Shown here in pieces: positions 27,189 to 39,618 of a stretch of DNA of 58,185 nt. The position numbers and the translations under genes were made by a program. The DNA is from Candidatus Eiseniibacteriota bacterium (GTDB lineage Bacteria; Orphanbacterota; Orphanbacteria; Orphanbacterales; Orphanbacteraceae). The stretch is from the NCBI GenBank assembly GCA_043809585.1, contig JBDROZ010000076.1, positions 1 through 58,185 on the forward strand, read 5' to 3'. The notes beneath the pieces are model-generated. The model saw only the letters and a list, made by a program, of their open reading frames with translations. It had not been told where the DNA came from and ran no database searches. The first letter of the stretch is position 1. Every line of letters starts with the position of its first letter.

Positions 27189-27728
27189 GTGGATGCGATC
27201 CGAATCGACCTGAGCGCGATCAACGAGGGCGTCAACCAGTTTTCGTTCCGGGTGGGGCCCGAGGAGATCGATCTCGAGGAGGAGAACGGACTCTACCGGA
27301 AGCCGGTGGAACTCGACCTCGAGGTGGTCCGCACGGGCGCGATCGTCACCGTCCGGGGGAAGCTCCGGACCGAGGTGGAAAGGACCTGCGGGCGCTGTCT
27401 CGTCCGGTACGATGAACCCCTGGAGACGGAGATTCGCGAGGCGCTTCGCATCGACGGGGAGCGGGTCCGGGTGTTCGACGAAGAGTACGAGGGGGACCCG
27501 GGGTACCTCTCCGGTCCGGCCGGCTCTCTCTCTCTCGGCGAGGTGGCGAGGGAGGCCGTGCTCGTCTGTTCGCCCATGCAGCCGGTCTGCCGTCCCGACT
27601 GCCGGGGGCTCTGCCCCGAATGCGGGGCGGACCGGAACCGGGTCGATTGCGGATGCAAGACGGAGGTCCCCCACCCGGTGTGGGAGGCGCTTCGCAAACT
27701 GACCGAAGGTCACGAGAAGAGGGATTAG
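27189..27728 (+). CDS. yceD: YceD/DUF177 family protein
   Basis: CGRCL and PVCRPDCRGLCPECG motifs, PVWEALRKL; directly upstream of rpmF. Confidence 0.9.
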   Translation: MDAIRIDLSAINEGVNQFSFRVGPEEIDLEEENGLYRKPVELDLEVVRTGAIVTVRGKLRTEVERTCGRCLVRYDEPLETEIREALRIDGERVRVFDEEYEGDPGYLSGPAGSLSLGEVAREAVLVCSPMQPVCRPDCRGLCPECGADRNRVDCGCKTEVPHPVWEALRKLTEGHEKRD

Positions 27729-27730
27729 TC

Positions 27731-27907
27731 ATGGCTCTGCCCAAGAGGCGTCAATCGAAATCGCGGGGGGCGAAGCGGCGGACGCACGACAGTTTGTCGC
27801 CGGCCAGCCCGTCGACCTGCTCTCACTGCGGCCAGTCGAAACCGCCGCATCGAATCTGCCCGCATTGCGGCTACTACAAGGGCCGGCGGGTTCAAATCGT
27901 CGAGTAA
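27731..27907 (+). CDS. rpmF: 50S ribosomal protein L32
   Basis: MALPKRRQSKSR..KRRTH, CSHCG..KPPHRICPHCGYYKGR. Confidence 0.97.
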   Translation: MALPKRRQSKSRGAKRRTHDSLSPASPSTCSHCGQSKPPHRICPHCGYYKGRRVQIVE

Positions 27908-27925
27908 AGGGCGGAGGTCCGGACA

Positions 27926-28939
27926 TTGCGGATCGCCGTGGATGCGATGGGCGGAGACGCCGGCCTCAGCGTCGTCGTCGCCGGTGTGGTCGAATTCCTC
28001 CGGGAGAGCGGCGGAGACGTGGAAGTCGTCCTCGTGGGCGACGAGGCGCGTATCCGTGCGGAACTCGGGGGCCACGGCCCCCTGTCCCACCCGCCCGCGA
28101 TCAAACACGCGAGCGAAGAGATCCAGATGGAGGAGCACGGAGCCGCCGCCTCCCGGAGGAAGCGGGACTCCTCGATCGGGAAGGGCCTCCTGTTACAGAA
28201 GGAGCGGAAGGCCGACGCTTTCGTGAGTGCCGGGAACACGGGGGCCGTCGTCGCGACCAGCCTGCTCGTCCTCGGGCGCCTGCCCGGAGTTCGCCGCCCC
28301 GCCATCGCCCAGTTCGTTCCCAACCAGACCGACGGCTTCGTTCTCCTCGATCTCGGGGCGACGAAGGACTGCCGCCCCGGCGATCTCGTCCAGTTCGCCT
28401 GGATGGGGGCGGTCTTCGCGGAGAAGATCGTCGGACGCCCGAATCCCCGGGTGGGCCTCCTGAACATCGGCGAAGAGGCGACGAAGGGGAACGACCTGAC
28501 CCGGGATGCCTATCCCCTGCTCCGGGGGAGCGGGCTGAACTTCACGGGGAACGTCGAGCCGGGGGGCATGTTCCGGGGCGAAGTGGACGTCACGGTCTGC
28601 GACGGGTTCGTCGGCAACGTGATCCTCAAGTTCGCCGAGGGCATGGCGGAGATGATTCTCGGGAAGCTCAGAAACGAAATCTCTTCGCACCTTCTCGCGA
28701 AACTCGGCGCGGGACTCCTCAAGCCCTCCCTCATGCATTTGAAGGACCAGCTGTCGTACGAGGAGTACGGCGGCGCCCCCCTCCTCGGTGTTGACGGCAT
28801 CTGCATCATCTGTCATGGTCGCTCCTCCTCCCGGGCGATCGCGAACGCGGTCCGGACGGCCAGTCGGTTCGTGAAGTACGACATCAACAGGGAAATCGGA
28901 AAGCGGCTCGAGTCCTACGACGAGGTGACCGTTGAGTAA
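27926..28939 (+). CDS. plsX: Phosphate acyltransferase PlsX
   Basis: RIAVDAMGGD, SAGNTGA, GLLNIGEE..KGN, DGFVGN, YGGAPLLG, CHGRS. Confidence 0.96.
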   Translation: MRIAVDAMGGDAGLSVVVAGVVEFLRESGGDVEVVLVGDEARIRAELGGHGPLSHPPAIKHASEEIQMEEHGAAASRRKRDSSIGKGLLLQKERKADAFVSAGNTGAVVATSLLVLGRLPGVRRPAIAQFVPNQTDGFVLLDLGATKDCRPGDLVQFAWMGAVFAEKIVGRPNPRVGLLNIGEEATKGNDLTRDAYPLLRGSGLNFTGNVEPGGMFRGEVDVTVCDGFVGNVILKFAEGMAEMILGKLRNEISSHLLAKLGAGLLKPSLMHLKDQLSYEEYGGAPLLGVDGICIICHGRSSSRAIANAVRTASRFVKYDINREIGKRLESYDEVTVE

Positions 28940-29927
28940 GCTGCCAACGCGCGTTCGCATCATGGGCACGGGATCGCACACCCCGGACAGGATCCTGACG
29001 AATCAGGATCTCTCCGAGATGGTCGACACCTCGGACGAGTGGATCGTCACCCGGACCGGGATCCGGGAGAGGCATATCGTCTCGGAGGAGGAGGCGACCT
29101 CCGACATCGCGATCCCCGCCGCGCGAAAGGCGTGCGAGGCGGCCGGGGTGGACCCGGCGGACCTGGACAATATCATCATCGGCACCGCGACGTCGGACAT
29201 GCCCTTCCCCTCCACCGCCTGCCTCGTGCAGGCGGCCATCGGCGCCCGGAAGGCGGCCGCCTTCGATGTCGTCGCCGCCTGCTCCGGGTTTCTGTACGGT
29301 CTGAACGTCGGCCGGTCGATGATCCTGAGCGGGCAGGCGAAGCGGATCCTGGTGATGGGGGCGGAGACGCTGACGAGGATCACGGACTGGCAGGATCGGA
29401 ACACGTGCGTGCTCTTCGGGGACGCCGCCGGCGCGGTCGTGCTCGGGCCGTCGGAGGACGAGAATCGCGGGCTCCTGTCGATCAATTTCGGCAGCGACGG
29501 GAGGCTGTGGGAACTTCTCCACCAGCCCGCGGGCGGATCCCGAAAGCCCGCGAGCCACGCGACCGTGGACGCCAGGGAACATGTCATCCGCATGATCGGC
29601 CGGGACGTCTTCAAGCACGCCGTGAAGCACATGAGCGAAGCGATCCTGGCGGCGCTGGAAGAGGCCGGAGTCACCGGCGCCGATCTGGACCTGCTCATTC
29701 CTCACCAGGCGAACATCCGCATCATGGAGGCGGTGGGGAAGAAGATCGAAATCCCCCGGGAGCGCGTGTGCGTGAACCTCGATCGATACGGAAACACCTC
29801 CTCCGCCTCGATCCCGCTCGCCCTGGACGAAGCGATCCGCAGCGGTCGTTGCGGTGAGGGCTCCCTCGTCGGGCTCGTGGCCTTCGGCGGAGGATTCACT
29901 TGGGCCGCTTCGGTGGTGAGGCTGTAG
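28932..29927 (+). CDS. fabH: 3-oxoacyl-ACP synthase III
   Basis: DTSDEWIVTRTGI, AACSGF, LFGDAAGA, PHQANIRI, YGNTSSAS, FGGGFTW. Confidence 0.96.
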   Translation: MSKLPTRVRIMGTGSHTPDRILTNQDLSEMVDTSDEWIVTRTGIRERHIVSEEEATSDIAIPAARKACEAAGVDPADLDNIIIGTATSDMPFPSTACLVQAAIGARKAAAFDVVAACSGFLYGLNVGRSMILSGQAKRILVMGAETLTRITDWQDRNTCVLFGDAAGAVVLGPSEDENRGLLSINFGSDGRLWELLHQPAGGSRKPASHATVDAREHVIRMIGRDVFKHAVKHMSEAILAALEEAGVTGADLDLLIPHQANIRIMEAVGKKIEIPRERVCVNLDRYGNTSSASIPLALDEAIRSGRCGEGSLVGLVAFGGGFTWAASVVRL

Positions 29928-29930
29928 TCG

Positions 29931-30857
29931 ATGGGCGAATACGCGTTCCTCTTCCCCGGGCAGGGATCTCAGTTCGTCGGCATGGGGAAGACCCTCGCCG
30001 GGGAGTTCCCCGAGACCCGGGAGATCTTCGATCTGGCCGACGAGGTGATGGGGCATCCCCTGTCGGAGATCTGCTTCGAGGGTCCGGAGGAGACCCTCCG
30101 GGAGACCCGCTACACCCAGCCGGGCATCCTCACGGTCAGTCTGGCGCTCTGGAAACTGATGGACGCGAAAGGGGTGAGGCCGGGCATCGTGGCCGGCCAC
30201 AGCCTCGGCGAATACTCCGCTCTCGTGGCCGCCGGTGCCCTGGAGGCCCGGGACGCGATCGCGGCGGTGAAGCGACGCGCGGAGCTGATGTTCGAAGCGG
30301 GCGTGAATTGGCCCGGTGCCATGGCGGCGGTCCTCGGCCTCGGCGAGGGCGAGGTCGCCCAGGTTTGCCGGGAGGCGGAGGAGGCGGGGGTCGTGGTCCC
30401 CGCGAACTTCAACGGTCCCGGCCAGATCGTAATCTCCGGCGAGGTGCCCGCCGTGGAGAGGGCGATGGAAATCGCCTCGGAGCGGGGGGCCAAACGCGTG
30501 CTGCGGCTCCCCGTGAGCGGCGCCTTTCACTCGCCCCTGATGGGCGAGGCGGCAAGGGGCCTCGAGGAGGCGCTCCGGGGGACCCCCTTCAGGGACGCCG
30601 AAGTGCCCGTGGTGGTGAACGTCGACGCCGCGCCTCTCGTCAAAGCCGACGACCTCCGGGACGCCCTGATCCGGCAACTCGGAGGAACGGTCCGCTGGGA
30701 GGAATCGATGCGGCGGATCGCCGAGGAAGGATTCACCAAGGCGTACGAGATCGGCCCGGGCCGGGTGCTGAAGGGCCTGGCGCGCAAGATCGTGCGGGAC
30801 CTCGACGTGACGAACGTGGAGGATCCGGAGTCGTTCCGGCAGGCGTCGGCCGGATGA
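29931..30857 (+). CDS. fabD: Malonyl-CoA-ACP transacylase
   Basis: FPGQGSQ, GHSLGEY, VSGAFHSPLM, EIGPGRVL. Confidence 0.96.
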   Translation: MGEYAFLFPGQGSQFVGMGKTLAGEFPETREIFDLADEVMGHPLSEICFEGPEETLRETRYTQPGILTVSLALWKLMDAKGVRPGIVAGHSLGEYSALVAAGALEARDAIAAVKRRAELMFEAGVNWPGAMAAVLGLGEGEVAQVCREAEEAGVVVPANFNGPGQIVISGEVPAVERAMEIASERGAKRVLRLPVSGAFHSPLMGEAARGLEEALRGTPFRDAEVPVVVNVDAAPLVKADDLRDALIRQLGGTVRWEESMRRIAEEGFTKAYEIGPGRVLKGLARKIVRDLDVTNVEDPESFRQASAG

Positions 30858-30889
30858 CGAGGCCGGCGGTCCGAACCAAGGAGGATGGC

Positions 30890-31654
30890 ATGCCCGGCAC
30901 TTTCGCCCCCGACCTGCTCCGCGGCAAAGTCGCGTTGGTCACCGGCGCCGCCCAGGGGATCGGCAAGTCGATCGCCCTCCGCCTCGCGGGAATGGGCGCG
31001 GACCTGGCCGTCGTCGACGTGAACGGGGAGAAGGCCGAGGAGACGGCGGGGGAGATCCGCGCCCTCGGCGTGAAGGCGTCCTCCCTCAAGGTGGATGTCA
31101 CGGACGGCGCGGCCGTGGCGGAGGGCGTCGAAAAAACCGTGGAAAAACTGGGCGGGGTTGATATTCTCGTCAACAATGCGGGAATCACCCGGGACGCCCT
31201 CTTCCTCCGCATGAAGGAGGAGGACTGGGACGCGGTGATCGCGGTGAACCTCAAAGGCACCTTCAACTTCACCAAGGCCGTGATTCGCCCCATGGTGAAG
31301 GCGAAGGGGGGCCGCATCGTGAACATCGCCTCCGTGATCGGCGTCATGGGAAACGCCGGGCAGGCGAACTACGCCGCCTCGAAAGCGGGCATCATCGGGA
31401 TGACCAAGTCGCTGGCGAAGGAGTTCGCCTCGCGGGGGATCACGGTGAACGCCATCGCGCCCGGATTCATACAGACGGCCATGACGGACGTCCTTTCAGA
31501 GAAGGCTCGAGAGAGCCTGATGGAGCTCATCCCCCTGAAACGCCTCGGGACGAGCCGGGATGTCGCGGACGTGGTCGCCTTTCTCGTTTCACCCGCGGCC
31601 GGTTACATGACCGGTCAGGTGCTTCACGTGGACGGCGGCATGGTCATGGCCTAG
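30890..31654 (+). CDS. fabG: 3-oxoacyl-ACP reductase
   Basis: VTGAAQGIG, NNAGITRD, NYAASKAG; RBS aaggagg. Confidence 0.96.
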   Translation: MPGTFAPDLLRGKVALVTGAAQGIGKSIALRLAGMGADLAVVDVNGEKAEETAGEIRALGVKASSLKVDVTDGAAVAEGVEKTVEKLGGVDILVNNAGITRDALFLRMKEEDWDAVIAVNLKGTFNFTKAVIRPMVKAKGGRIVNIASVIGVMGNAGQANYAASKAGIIGMTKSLAKEFASRGITVNAIAPGFIQTAMTDVLSEKARESLMELIPLKRLGTSRDVADVVAFLVSPAAGYMTGQVLHVDGGMVMA

Positions 31655-31713
31655 ACCGTCCCTTCCCGCGATGACGGGCGGAATATCGGAATCGTGAGAG
31701 GAGAGGAACGAAG

Positions 31714-31947
31714 ATGTCCCACGAAGAGAAAGTGAAAGAGATCATCATGGAGCAGCTCGGTGTCGGCGCGGACCAGGTCACGCCCGAGGCCTCGTTCATC
31801 GACGACCTGGGCGCGGATTCACTCGACACGGTGGAGCTCGTGATGGCCCTCGAGGAGGAGTTCAACATCGAGATTCCCGATGAAGAGGCGGAGAAGATCA
31901 CGACGGTGAAGGACGCGATCGACTACCTCAACAAGAACGCGAGCTGA
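31714..31947 (+). CDS. acpP: Acyl carrier protein
   Basis: [20 protein letters not shown]. Confidence 0.98.
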   Translation: MSHEEKVKEIIMEQLGVGADQVTPEASFIDDLGADSLDTVELVMALEEEFNIEIPDEEAEKITTVKDAIDYLNKNAS

Positions 31948-31981
31948 GAGGAGCGGGCCCGAGGGGGCCCGGCAGGGAGTC

Positions 31982-33229
31982 ATGGGAAACGGTCGGCGGG
32001 CGGTCATTACGGGCATGGGGACGGTCTGTCCCCTCGGCAACGATCTCGAGACGGCGTGGGATGCCCTGAAGGCAGGCAGGCATGGCGTCGGTCCGATCAC
32101 GCGATTCGACGCGAGCGATCTTCCCGTCCGCTTCGCCGCGGAGGTGAAGGACTTCGACGTGTCGAAGTGGTTGTCGCCCAAGGAGGCCCGCCGGATCGAC
32201 CGGTACGTTCATTACGCCATCGCCTCCGCGGCCATGGCGGTGGAGGACGCCGGGCTCGATACGGAAAAGACCGATCGGAACCGTTTCGGCGTGATCATCG
32301 GGAGCGGGATCGGGGGAATGGAGACTTTCGAGGAACAGCACCGGGTCGCCATGGAAAAGGGGGGAGCCCGCATCAGCCCGTTCTTCATCCCGATGATGAT
32401 TTCCAACATGGCTTCGGGACACGTATCGATTCGCTTCGGCGCCCGGGGGCCGAACTTCGCCCCCGTGTCGGCCTGTTCGTCGGGCGCCCACGCGATCGGC
32501 GAGGCCTTCCGCGCCATCGAGAGGGGGGACGCGGACCTCGTCCTTTGTGGGGGCGCCGAGTCGACCATCACCGTCATGGCGGTGGGCGGCTTCTCCTCCA
32601 TGAAGGCCCTCTCGACGCGCAACGACGATCCCGCCCGGGCGAGCCGTCCTTTCGACGCCGAAAGAGACGGATTCGTCATCGGCGAGGGAGCGGGCGTCGT
32701 TCTTCTGGAGAGCCTCGAGCACGCCACGGCGCGCGGGGCCGCAATCCACGCGGAGATGGCCGGGTACGCCTCCACCGGAGACGCCCATCACATCACCGCG
32801 CCCCACCCTGAAGGGGAGGGGGCGTCCCGGGCCATGGCGCTCGCCGTCCGGGACGCGGGACTCCGGCTCGAGGAAGTGGATCATATCAACGCCCACGGGA
32901 CATCGACGCCCCTGAACGACCGAATGGAAACGGCGGCGATCCGGTCGACCTTCGGCGCTCATGCCGACTCGATCAAGGTCTGCTCGACGAAGTCGATGAC
33001 CGGCCACCTCCTCGGAGCGGCGGCGGGTATCGAGTTCATCGCGACCACCCTGGCGGTCAAGTACGATGTGATCCCCCCGACAATCAACTATGAAAGCCCC
33101 GATCCGGAATGCGACCTCGACTACGTGCCGAACGTGGCGAGGAAGACGAAGGTACGGGCCGCTCTGACCAACTCCCTCGGATTCGGCGGCCACAACGTCA
33201 GCCTGCTCGTGAAGAAGTTCGAATCGTGA
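31982..33229 (+). CDS. fabF: 3-oxoacyl-ACP synthase II
   Basis: SACSSG, NAHGTST, STKSMTGHLLGAA, NSLGFGGHN. Confidence 0.96.
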   Translation: MGNGRRAVITGMGTVCPLGNDLETAWDALKAGRHGVGPITRFDASDLPVRFAAEVKDFDVSKWLSPKEARRIDRYVHYAIASAAMAVEDAGLDTEKTDRNRFGVIIGSGIGGMETFEEQHRVAMEKGGARISPFFIPMMISNMASGHVSIRFGARGPNFAPVSACSSGAHAIGEAFRAIERGDADLVLCGGAESTITVMAVGGFSSMKALSTRNDDPARASRPFDAERDGFVIGEGAGVVLLESLEHATARGAAIHAEMAGYASTGDAHHITAPHPEGEGASRAMALAVRDAGLRLEEVDHINAHGTSTPLNDRMETAAIRSTFGAHADSIKVCSTKSMTGHLLGAAAGIEFIATTLAVKYDVIPPTINYESPDPECDLDYVPNVARKTKVRAALTNSLGFGGHNVSLLVKKFES

Positions 33230-33253
33230 GGGACGTGATGCGAGATATTCCCT

Positions 33254-34084
33254 ATGTGGGCCATAATCAAGCGTTGGTTCGATTTTCGTAGACCCGCGTC
33301 GGTCGAGGGAGAAACGGTAAACGCGAAGCGCCGGCAAACGCTCCGCCAGCTCGAGCAGAAGCTCGGGGTCCGGTTCAAGGATCTCGGACTTCTCAACCAG
33401 GCCCTCGTCCATCGCTCCTTCCTGAACGGAAAGGTGGCGAACCGGATCACGTCGAACGAGAGAATGGAATTCCTCGGAGACTCGGTGCTCGGGCTCGTCG
33501 TGAACGAATTTCTCTACAAGCGCCACCCCGAAGAGAACGAGGGGAATCTCACCAAGATCAAGTCCCTCGTCGTCAGCCGCCAGATTCTCGCCCAGAAGGC
33601 GGAGGAGACCGGGCTCGGCCGGTTCCTTCTCCTGTCGAGCAGCGAGAGCGAGGCGGGGGGGCGGCAGCGCACGTCCATCATCGCCGACGCCCTCGAAGCG
33701 GTGATCGGCGCCATCTACCTCGACCAGGGGCTTCCCGCCTCCCGGCGGTTCATCAGCGAGATCATACTCGAGGGGATGGACGAGATCACCGAGAACGAGG
33801 ACCACGTCAACTACAAGAGCCTGCTTCAAGAGAAGGTTCAGAGCGAACGGAAGATGCACCCCGTCTACCGCATCCGCAAGGAGAAGGGACCGGACCACGA
33901 GAAGACGTTCCAGGTGGATGTCTCCGTGGGCGGGCGGGTCGTGGGACACGGCGAGGGGCGCACCAAGAAAGAGGCGGAGCAGGCGGCGGCACGGGCGGCC
34001 GTCGACGGGTCCGCCCTGCGCGGGGGACGGCCCCGCTCAAGGTCCCGTCGGCGGTCCCGTCGTCCGAAGCGTCCGAGCCCTTAG
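33254..34084 (+). CDS. rnc: Ribonuclease III
   Basis: [26 protein letters not shown], dsRBD YKSLLQE...KKEAEQAAA; Arg-rich tail. Confidence 0.96.
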   Translation: MWAIIKRWFDFRRPASVEGETVNAKRRQTLRQLEQKLGVRFKDLGLLNQALVHRSFLNGKVANRITSNERMEFLGDSVLGLVVNEFLYKRHPEENEGNLTKIKSLVVSRQILAQKAEETGLGRFLLLSSSESEAGGRQRTSIIADALEAVIGAIYLDQGLPASRRFISEIILEGMDEITENEDHVNYKSLLQEKVQSERKMHPVYRIRKEKGPDHEKTFQVDVSVGGRVVGHGEGRTKKEAEQAAARAAVDGSALRGGRPRSRSRRRSRRPKRPSP

Positions 34085-34112
34085 AAATCAATGGTTTGCG
34101 CAGATCCTCCCT

Positions 34113-36374
<2,262 letters not shown>

Positions 36375-36388
36375 CGCGGGAAAGGGCC

Positions 36389-37579
36389 ATGAACAAGAAG
36401 ACGCTGCGCGACATGGACGTGACGGGAAAACGCGTTCTGATGCGGGTCGACTTCAACGTCCCCCTCGAAGGGGGCGCCGTGGCCGACGACAAGAGGATCC
36501 GCGCCGCCCTCCCTTCGATCCGGTACGTGCTGGGGCGGGGAGGATCGGTCGTCCTGATGAGCCATCTCGGCCGTCCCAAGGGGAAGGTGGTCGCCGAGAT
36601 GTCCCTCGCCCCCGTGGCGAAGCACCTCGCGAAGCTCCTCGAGGGAACCACGGTCCGGTTCGTGAAGGACTGCGTGGGGGAGAAGGCGGAGAACGCGGCT
36701 TCGATGCTGATGCCGGGCGAGGTGCTTCTTCTCGAGAACCTCCGCTTCCATGCGGGGGAGACCGACAACGATCCCAAGTTCGCCGCGGCCCTCGCGGAGC
36801 TCGGCGACCTATTCGCGAACGACGCCTTCGGCACGGCCCACCGGGCCCACGCCTCGACGGAGGGGGTGACGAGGCACTTCGACGTCCGGGCGGCCGGCTT
36901 CCTGATGGAGAAGGAGATCGACTACTTCTCCCGGATTCTCGAGAGCCCCGAGCGCCCCTTCGTCGCCGTGCTCGGCGGGGCCAAGATCAGCGGCAAGATC
37001 GACGTGATCCGAAACCTCCTGGGGAAGGTGGACCGGCTCCTCGTCGGCGGCGGCATGTGCGGGACCTTTTTCGCCGCCCAGGGACTCGAGATCGGCGACT
37101 CCCTCGTCGAGGAGGACCGGATCGATCTGGCCCGGACGCTCCTCGAAGAGGCGGGGGAAGAGAAGATGCTCCTCCCGACGGACGCTCTCGTGGCGGACGC
37201 TCTGGACGAGAGCGCGGAGACCCAGGTCGTGCCGGTGACGGCGGTGCAAAAGGGGTGGCGGATCCTCGACATCGGTCCGGAGACGGCGTCCCGGTTCGCG
37301 GGCGAGATCGAGGCGGCGAAGACGATCTTTTGGAACGGTCCGATGGGCGTATTCGAGATGGAGGCCTTCGCCGGAGGCACCCGGGAGCTCGCCGAAGCCG
37401 CGGCCCGCGCCACCGAGGCGGGGGCGACGACGGTGATCGGCGGCGGCGACACGGCCCGAGCCGTGAAAGAGGCGGGAGTGGCCGCCCAGATGTCCCATGT
37501 CTCCACCGGCGGAGGGGCCTCCTTGGAGTTCGTCGAAGGGAAGGTGCTGCCCGGCGTGGCGGCCCTGTCCGATCGCTAG
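36389..37579 (+). CDS. pgk: Phosphoglycerate kinase
   Basis: RVDFNVP, SHLGRPKG, LENLRFH, NDAFGTAHRAHAS, STGGGASLE. Confidence 0.97.
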   Translation: MNKKTLRDMDVTGKRVLMRVDFNVPLEGGAVADDKRIRAALPSIRYVLGRGGSVVLMSHLGRPKGKVVAEMSLAPVAKHLAKLLEGTTVRFVKDCVGEKAENAASMLMPGEVLLLENLRFHAGETDNDPKFAAALAELGDLFANDAFGTAHRAHASTEGVTRHFDVRAAGFLMEKEIDYFSRILESPERPFVAVLGGAKISGKIDVIRNLLGKVDRLLVGGGMCGTFFAAQGLEIGDSLVEEDRIDLARTLLEEAGEEKMLLPTDALVADALDESAETQVVPVTAVQKGWRILDIGPETASRFAGEIEAAKTIFWNGPMGVFEMEAFAGGTRELAEAAARATEAGATTVIGGGDTARAVKEAGVAAQMSHVSTGGGASLEFVEGKVLPGVAALSDR

Positions 37580-37633
37580 CCTGGATTGTGCATGAATCTC
37601 CGTCACGAGTTCTAGGCTGGAAGGGGAACCGGA

Positions 37634-38413
37634 GTGCGGAGGCTGCTCATCGCCGCGAACTGGAAGATGAACCTGACCGGGCGGACGGCGGCGGATCTGG
37701 CGGTCTCGGTCCGGGCGTACGTGGAGGCCGCGAAGCCCTCCTCGGAGGTGCTCGTCGCCCCCCCCTACCCCTACCTGCCGGCGGTCCGGGAAGCCCTCGC
37801 GGGGAGCGCCGTGCTTCTCGCGGGCCAGGACGTCTCGGCCCACGAACCGGGGGCGTTCACGGGGGAAGTGTCGGCGGAGATGCTCGCCGACTCCGGCTGC
37901 ACCCACGCCATCGTGGGGCACTCGGAGCGGCGGGAGTTCGGCGGCGATTCGGACGAGACGGTGCGGGCGAAAGCGCGCCGGGCGGCGGACCTCGGCCTCG
38001 GCGTCATCCTCTGCGTCGGCGAAAAAGAGGGGGAGCGGGAGCGGGGCGAGCAGAAGACGATCGTGAAGCGCCAGCTCGCCCGGGCCCTCGCGGGATGGAG
38101 CCCCCGGGAGGCAGAAGAGAAGCTCGTCGTGGCCTACGAGCCGGTCTGGGCGATCGGCACGGGGAAGACGGCCACCCCCGCGGACGCGGAAGACATGCAC
38201 GCCTTCGCCCGCAAGATCTTGAGGGACCGCTTCGGCCCGGAGACGGGGGAGCGGATCCGCGTGTTGTACGGAGGGAGCGTGAAGCCGGCGAACGCCGGCG
38301 ACCTCCTCGGCCAAGAGAACATCGACGGGGCCCTCGTGGGCGGGGCGAGCCTCGACGGTGATTCGTTCACCGCCATCATCTCGGCCGGAGAGAAGGCGGA
38401 CCGAAAGGACTGA
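37634..38413 (+). CDS. tpiA: Triosephosphate isomerase
   Basis: ANWKMN, GHSERR, AYEPVWAIGTG, YGGSV, GALVGGASL. Confidence 0.97.
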   Translation: MRRLLIAANWKMNLTGRTAADLAVSVRAYVEAAKPSSEVLVAPPYPYLPAVREALAGSAVLLAGQDVSAHEPGAFTGEVSAEMLADSGCTHAIVGHSERREFGGDSDETVRAKARRAADLGLGVILCVGEKEGERERGEQKTIVKRQLARALAGWSPREAEEKLVVAYEPVWAIGTGKTATPADAEDMHAFARKILRDRFGPETGERIRVLYGGSVKPANAGDLLGQENIDGALVGGASLDGDSFTAIISAGEKADRKD

Positions 38414-38419
38414 TCATTC

Positions 38420-38812
38420 ATGGGAACCGTACTGACCATCATCCACGTCTTGAACTGCGTCCTGCTGATCGTGGTGGTCCTCCTCCAGTCGAGCAAAGGG
38501 GGTGGCCTCGCCGGCGCTTTCGGCGGCGGCCAAACGAGCAGCGCCGTGTTTGGCGGCCGGGGGGCGGGGACGTTCCTCTCGAAACTGACCACGGCGCTCG
38601 CGGTCGTCTTCATGCTGACGTCGCTCACCCTGACCGTCATCGGCCGGCGGACCGTGGAATCGGAGAGCGTCCTTCGACGCGCCATCGAGCAGGAAGGGCA
38701 GACGGCGGTGCCGCAGGCGGGGCTCCCCAGGCAGGCGGCGCCTGTCGAGCAGGAGGAGCCGGACGAGGCGGCCCCCGAGGCACCGCCGGCGCAGCCCGGA
38801 ACGGGCCGGTAG
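38420..38812 (+). CDS. secG: Preprotein translocase subunit SecG
   Basis: VLLQSSKGGGLAGAFGG, FLSKLT; canonical tpiA-secG-tRNA-Leu synteny. Confidence 0.95.
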   Translation: MGTVLTIIHVLNCVLLIVVVLLQSSKGGGLAGAFGGGQTSSAVFGGRGAGTFLSKLTTALAVVFMLTSLTLTVIGRRTVESESVLRRAIEQEGQTAVPQAGLPRQAAPVEQEEPDEAAPEAPPAQPGTGR

Positions 38813-38836
38813 GAGGCGCCTCCGGCTTGGATTCGA

Positions 38837-38865
38837 TTGACACCCCCCGGGGGGGCGTCTAACAT
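38837..38865 (+). promoter_or_regulatory. Sigma70 promoter of tRNA-Leu
   Basis: TTGACA-17 nt-TAACAT. Confidence 0.65.
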
Positions 38866-38889
38866 CCCCGTGGGAAGATCGACATACTC

Positions 38890-38975
38890 GCCGGGGTGGT
38901 GGAATTGGTAGACACGCTGTCTTGAGGGGGCAGTGGGCGATGCCTGTGCGGGTTCGAATCCCGCCTCCGGCACCA
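38890..38975 (+). tRNA. tRNA-Leu (anticodon GAG)
   Basis: gccgggg acceptor stem, D-loop ggaattggtagac, anticodon arm ctgtc-ttGAGgg-ggcag, long variable arm, ggttcgaatccc, encoded CCA. Confidence 0.97.
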
Positions 38976-38977
38976 TA

Positions 38978-39016
38978 GAATAGGCGGCCCTGCCGGAAGG
39001 CGGGGCCGTTTCCTAT
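38978..39016 (+). terminator. Intrinsic terminator after the tRNA
   Basis: cggccctgcc-ggaa-ggcggggccg followed by ttt. Confidence 0.7.
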
Positions 39017-39065
39017 TCCCCGTTCGTCCTGAGTGCCGCCCGGTCCACCGGGCGGTGTATCGAAG
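39017..39065. repeat. REP-like palindromic element, copy 2
   Basis: Inverted 48/49 match to 220-268. Confidence 0.8.
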
Positions 39066-39117
39066 GATGAACAGGGGAAACGGGGAGCATCTGCGGGCAG
39101 TCGCTGGCTTCTTACCC

Positions 39118-39516
39118 CCGGCGGGGCGGGGGACCGGCATCGGGAGGGGCCGGGGCATCACCGGGGAGCTTTCGGCGGTCTCTGCAACGCTAACTGTACG
39201 AGGCCGGAGAATGGGAGGGTCATCTGCCGCAGCACGACGAGCGTCCCAGTCTGCCCCGATCCCCTCCCTCCTCCGATCCGCCGCCCCGCCGATCCGACCT
39301 CCGCCGGTCACTTGGGTAGTTCCGTGAATGTGAGATTCGGTGTCAGTCACCAGTTCCCAAGGGAGTTCTGGGGACACAATACCGCATTGGGAATTCGGGG
39401 TTGTGTCCCCAGAACTCCAGAACTCCCCATTCGGTATTGTGTCCCCAGAACTCCCCCGCCAACAACTCCCCGGTGATGCCCCGCCCCCTCCCGACGCCGG
39501 TCCCCCGCCCCGCCGG
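39118..39516. repeat. Nested inverted-repeat (REPIN/MITE-like) element
   Basis: 61-bp imperfect inverted repeats 39118-39178 / 39456-39516 enclose a perfect 23-bp inverted pair (39362-39384 / 39432-39454), with an extra arm copy at 39401-39418. Confidence 0.7.
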
Positions 39517-39618
39517 TCAATCCCCGGAGCGAGTGGTACGCCACGCGCTCCAACATCTTCTCCCCTTGCGTGATTCGCCCCAAGGGACGTACCATCGCAA
39601 GAACTTCAGTGCAAAGGA

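Noticed and set aside
38134-38976. 280-aa minus-strand ORF starting MVPEAGFEPA
   Set aside because: Antisense translation of tRNA-Leu, secG and tpiA
39360-39460. Possible mini CRISPR array
   Set aside because: Repeats are inverted or adjacent, without regular unique spacers; no cas genes in the window
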